Assembly (NCBI RefSeq): GCF_036321535.1
Contig: NC_087437.1
Location: forward strand, 120,034,001-120,098,000
Reading direction: 5' to 3'
DNA length: 64,000 nt
Source of the DNA: Camelus dromedarius
Lineage: Eukaryota
In this document: positions 61,546 to 64,000 of the stretch, in pieces
Position numbering within the stretch: position 1 is the stretch's first letter
Layout: each line of letters begins with the position of its first letter
Made by a program: the position numbers and the translations under genes
The notes under the pieces: model-generated
Seen by the model: only the letters and a program-made list of their open reading frames with translations
What the model was told of the DNA's origin: nothing
The model's database searches: none

Positions 61546-62249
61546 CTGGGGGCAGCACATGGGGTGAGGGGGGCCCACAGCACCCCCCCAGACCTGGCCA
61601 CCCCCGGGAATGCCCAGGGGAGTGGGTGCTGCAGGATTCCCAGTGCCCAGCATCACCCCCTTCCGCCCTCACATGAGGGAGAAGGGCATGTGGGGGCAGA
61701 GACAGAAAAGCGAGTGTGCCCAGAGAAAAGCGGGGTGCAGCACTGAACCCCGATTCCTCAGCTCTCACTGGGTGCCTGGGAGGGAACAGGGGCAATGGCA
61801 GCAAATGCGTGGAGCTCGCTGTGACACGGGGCTCGTCCAAGGAAGGGGACCCCGAAGATGGTTAGAGGTTGGTGCTGCCACTCCCATCGCGGGCCCAGAG
61901 CACAGGCCAGGGCTGGACTCCTCCTCCTCTGTTCCAAATGGGTCAAGGCCACTGTCCAGGGCTGAGGGGGCACGGCCACCCCCGTGGGTCTGAAGACAGA
62001 GCACTGAGCCAAAGAGGAAGATTCTGGAGCCTCCAGATATCCCAGAGTTTGCCCTGCTCGGCTTCAAACTTGCTTGGGACCCATGACCCCTCTCCAGGTT
62101 TGGATGAGGGATGTCTGTCCTGTGCCTGGCCCTCTGCTGTGCTCTGGAAACACATAACTGGTCTGGTTTCAAGGTTCACAGCTGAGAGGAATTTGCTTCA
62201 GGAGGAATCGTGCCTTGGGTCTTGTCCACATCTGATTTAGGTGATATTT

Positions 62250-63156
<907 letters not shown>

Positions 63157-63934
63157 TCACCTGACATGCCCCAGGATGGAGGGACAGGTTTGGTCCTTGC
63201 TGGTCCTAAAAATCATCACGTCCCCATCACCACCTCCCACACCTGCACCGGATGAGGGTGCTCAACCATGGGAGCATCTCCCACCTGCCCATCCCACCTG
63301 CCGGGGACCACGTGGCAACTCCAAGTGAACGAGACAGAGGCACCCCAAGGACTCTCTAAAGGGGTGGCTGGAGCAGAGCCACACCCCTGGGGGGCAGCAG
63401 TCTCAAAATGGTTTGCTGGACAAGCAGGGGGCGGCAGACAGCCCGGCCAGACGACCTGATGACCTGAAGCCACGGCTCCCACCCCCTCACACCGGCCAGG
63501 ACCCGCAAACCCTCCACACCTGCCTCTCACTGTCCTGCCCAGGAGAAGCCCCTCGCCAGAGATGTGGGGATCCCCGCTATCTCCCCACCCAGCAGATTCC
63601 ATGTCCTTTCCTGTGCCTAAGCCTTCGCTCTGGCCTTCTTTCCTTCCTTCCTCCCTCTCATCTCTTACAGATACGCAGAGTTTGTAAAAGGGGGAGATAC
63701 TGCACCAAACGTGACTGGAAGGATGCAGGCCGGCCTACAACACCTACAAAACAAGCTCCCTCCTGGTCTGTCCTGGTTTCTGAAATCCCACAACTGCAGA
63801 CAGACTTTATCCTCCTGCCGGGACAGTGTGTGTGTGTGTGTGTGGCGGGGGGGCTCTCGAATGTCTGACCGCTAAGGAGGCCTGCGCCCCAGGACTCCTG
63901 CAGGTCACACAGCACTTGAGTTAGAAAATTCCGT

Positions 63935-64000
63935 GGCGGCAAGTACAGCTCAGCGGCAGAGCGCGTGCTTAGCATGCATGAGGTCCTGCGTCCAATCCCC
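63935..64000 (+). mobile_element. tRNA-derived SINE (vic-1-like), truncated by the window end
   Basis: tacagctcagcggcagagcgcgtgcttagcatgcatgaggtcctgcgtccaatcccc, homologous to the 7306 copy. Confidence 0.8.

Noticed and set aside
60833..61840. 335-aa minus-strand ORF as a separate gene
   Set aside because: It is two CBS exons plus in-frame flanking intron sequence

Overview
Mammalian (eutherian) genomic DNA with two convergently transcribed, intron-containing genes. On the + strand is the complete coding region of PKNOX1 (PREP1, TALE homeobox). Ten coding exons between 12019 and 35835 splice with GT-AG boundaries into a 1311-nt ORF (436 aa). A 3' UTR of about 3 kb follows, and the non-coding first exon and promoter lie upstream of the window. 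On the - strand are the 3' 13 constitutive coding exons of CBS (cystathionine beta-synthase; 63110 down to the stop at 50027), plus an intact 42-nt cassette exon at 51563-51604. The N-terminal heme-binding CBS exons lie beyond the right edge. This arrangement matches human 21q22.3. tRNA-derived SINEs resembling the camelid vic-1 family suggest a camel, alpaca or vicuna genome (inference). Introns and the intergenic gap contain old L1, L2, MIR, MLT1/MLT2 LTRs, MER20, MER58 and Tigger1 relics, plus microsatellites; repeat family names come from recalled consensus motifs, not from a search. I found no evidence of a new biological system. The most notable points are the CBS cassette exon, a 20-aa CBS C-terminal extension relative to human, no canonical poly(A) signal near the CBS 3' end (which runs into an antisense L1), tandem uORFs before the PKNOX1 start, an intragenic CpG island around PKNOX1 exon 10, and miRNA seed clusters. 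Most of the supplied six-frame ORFs are chance ORFs in GC-rich or simple-repeat DNA.
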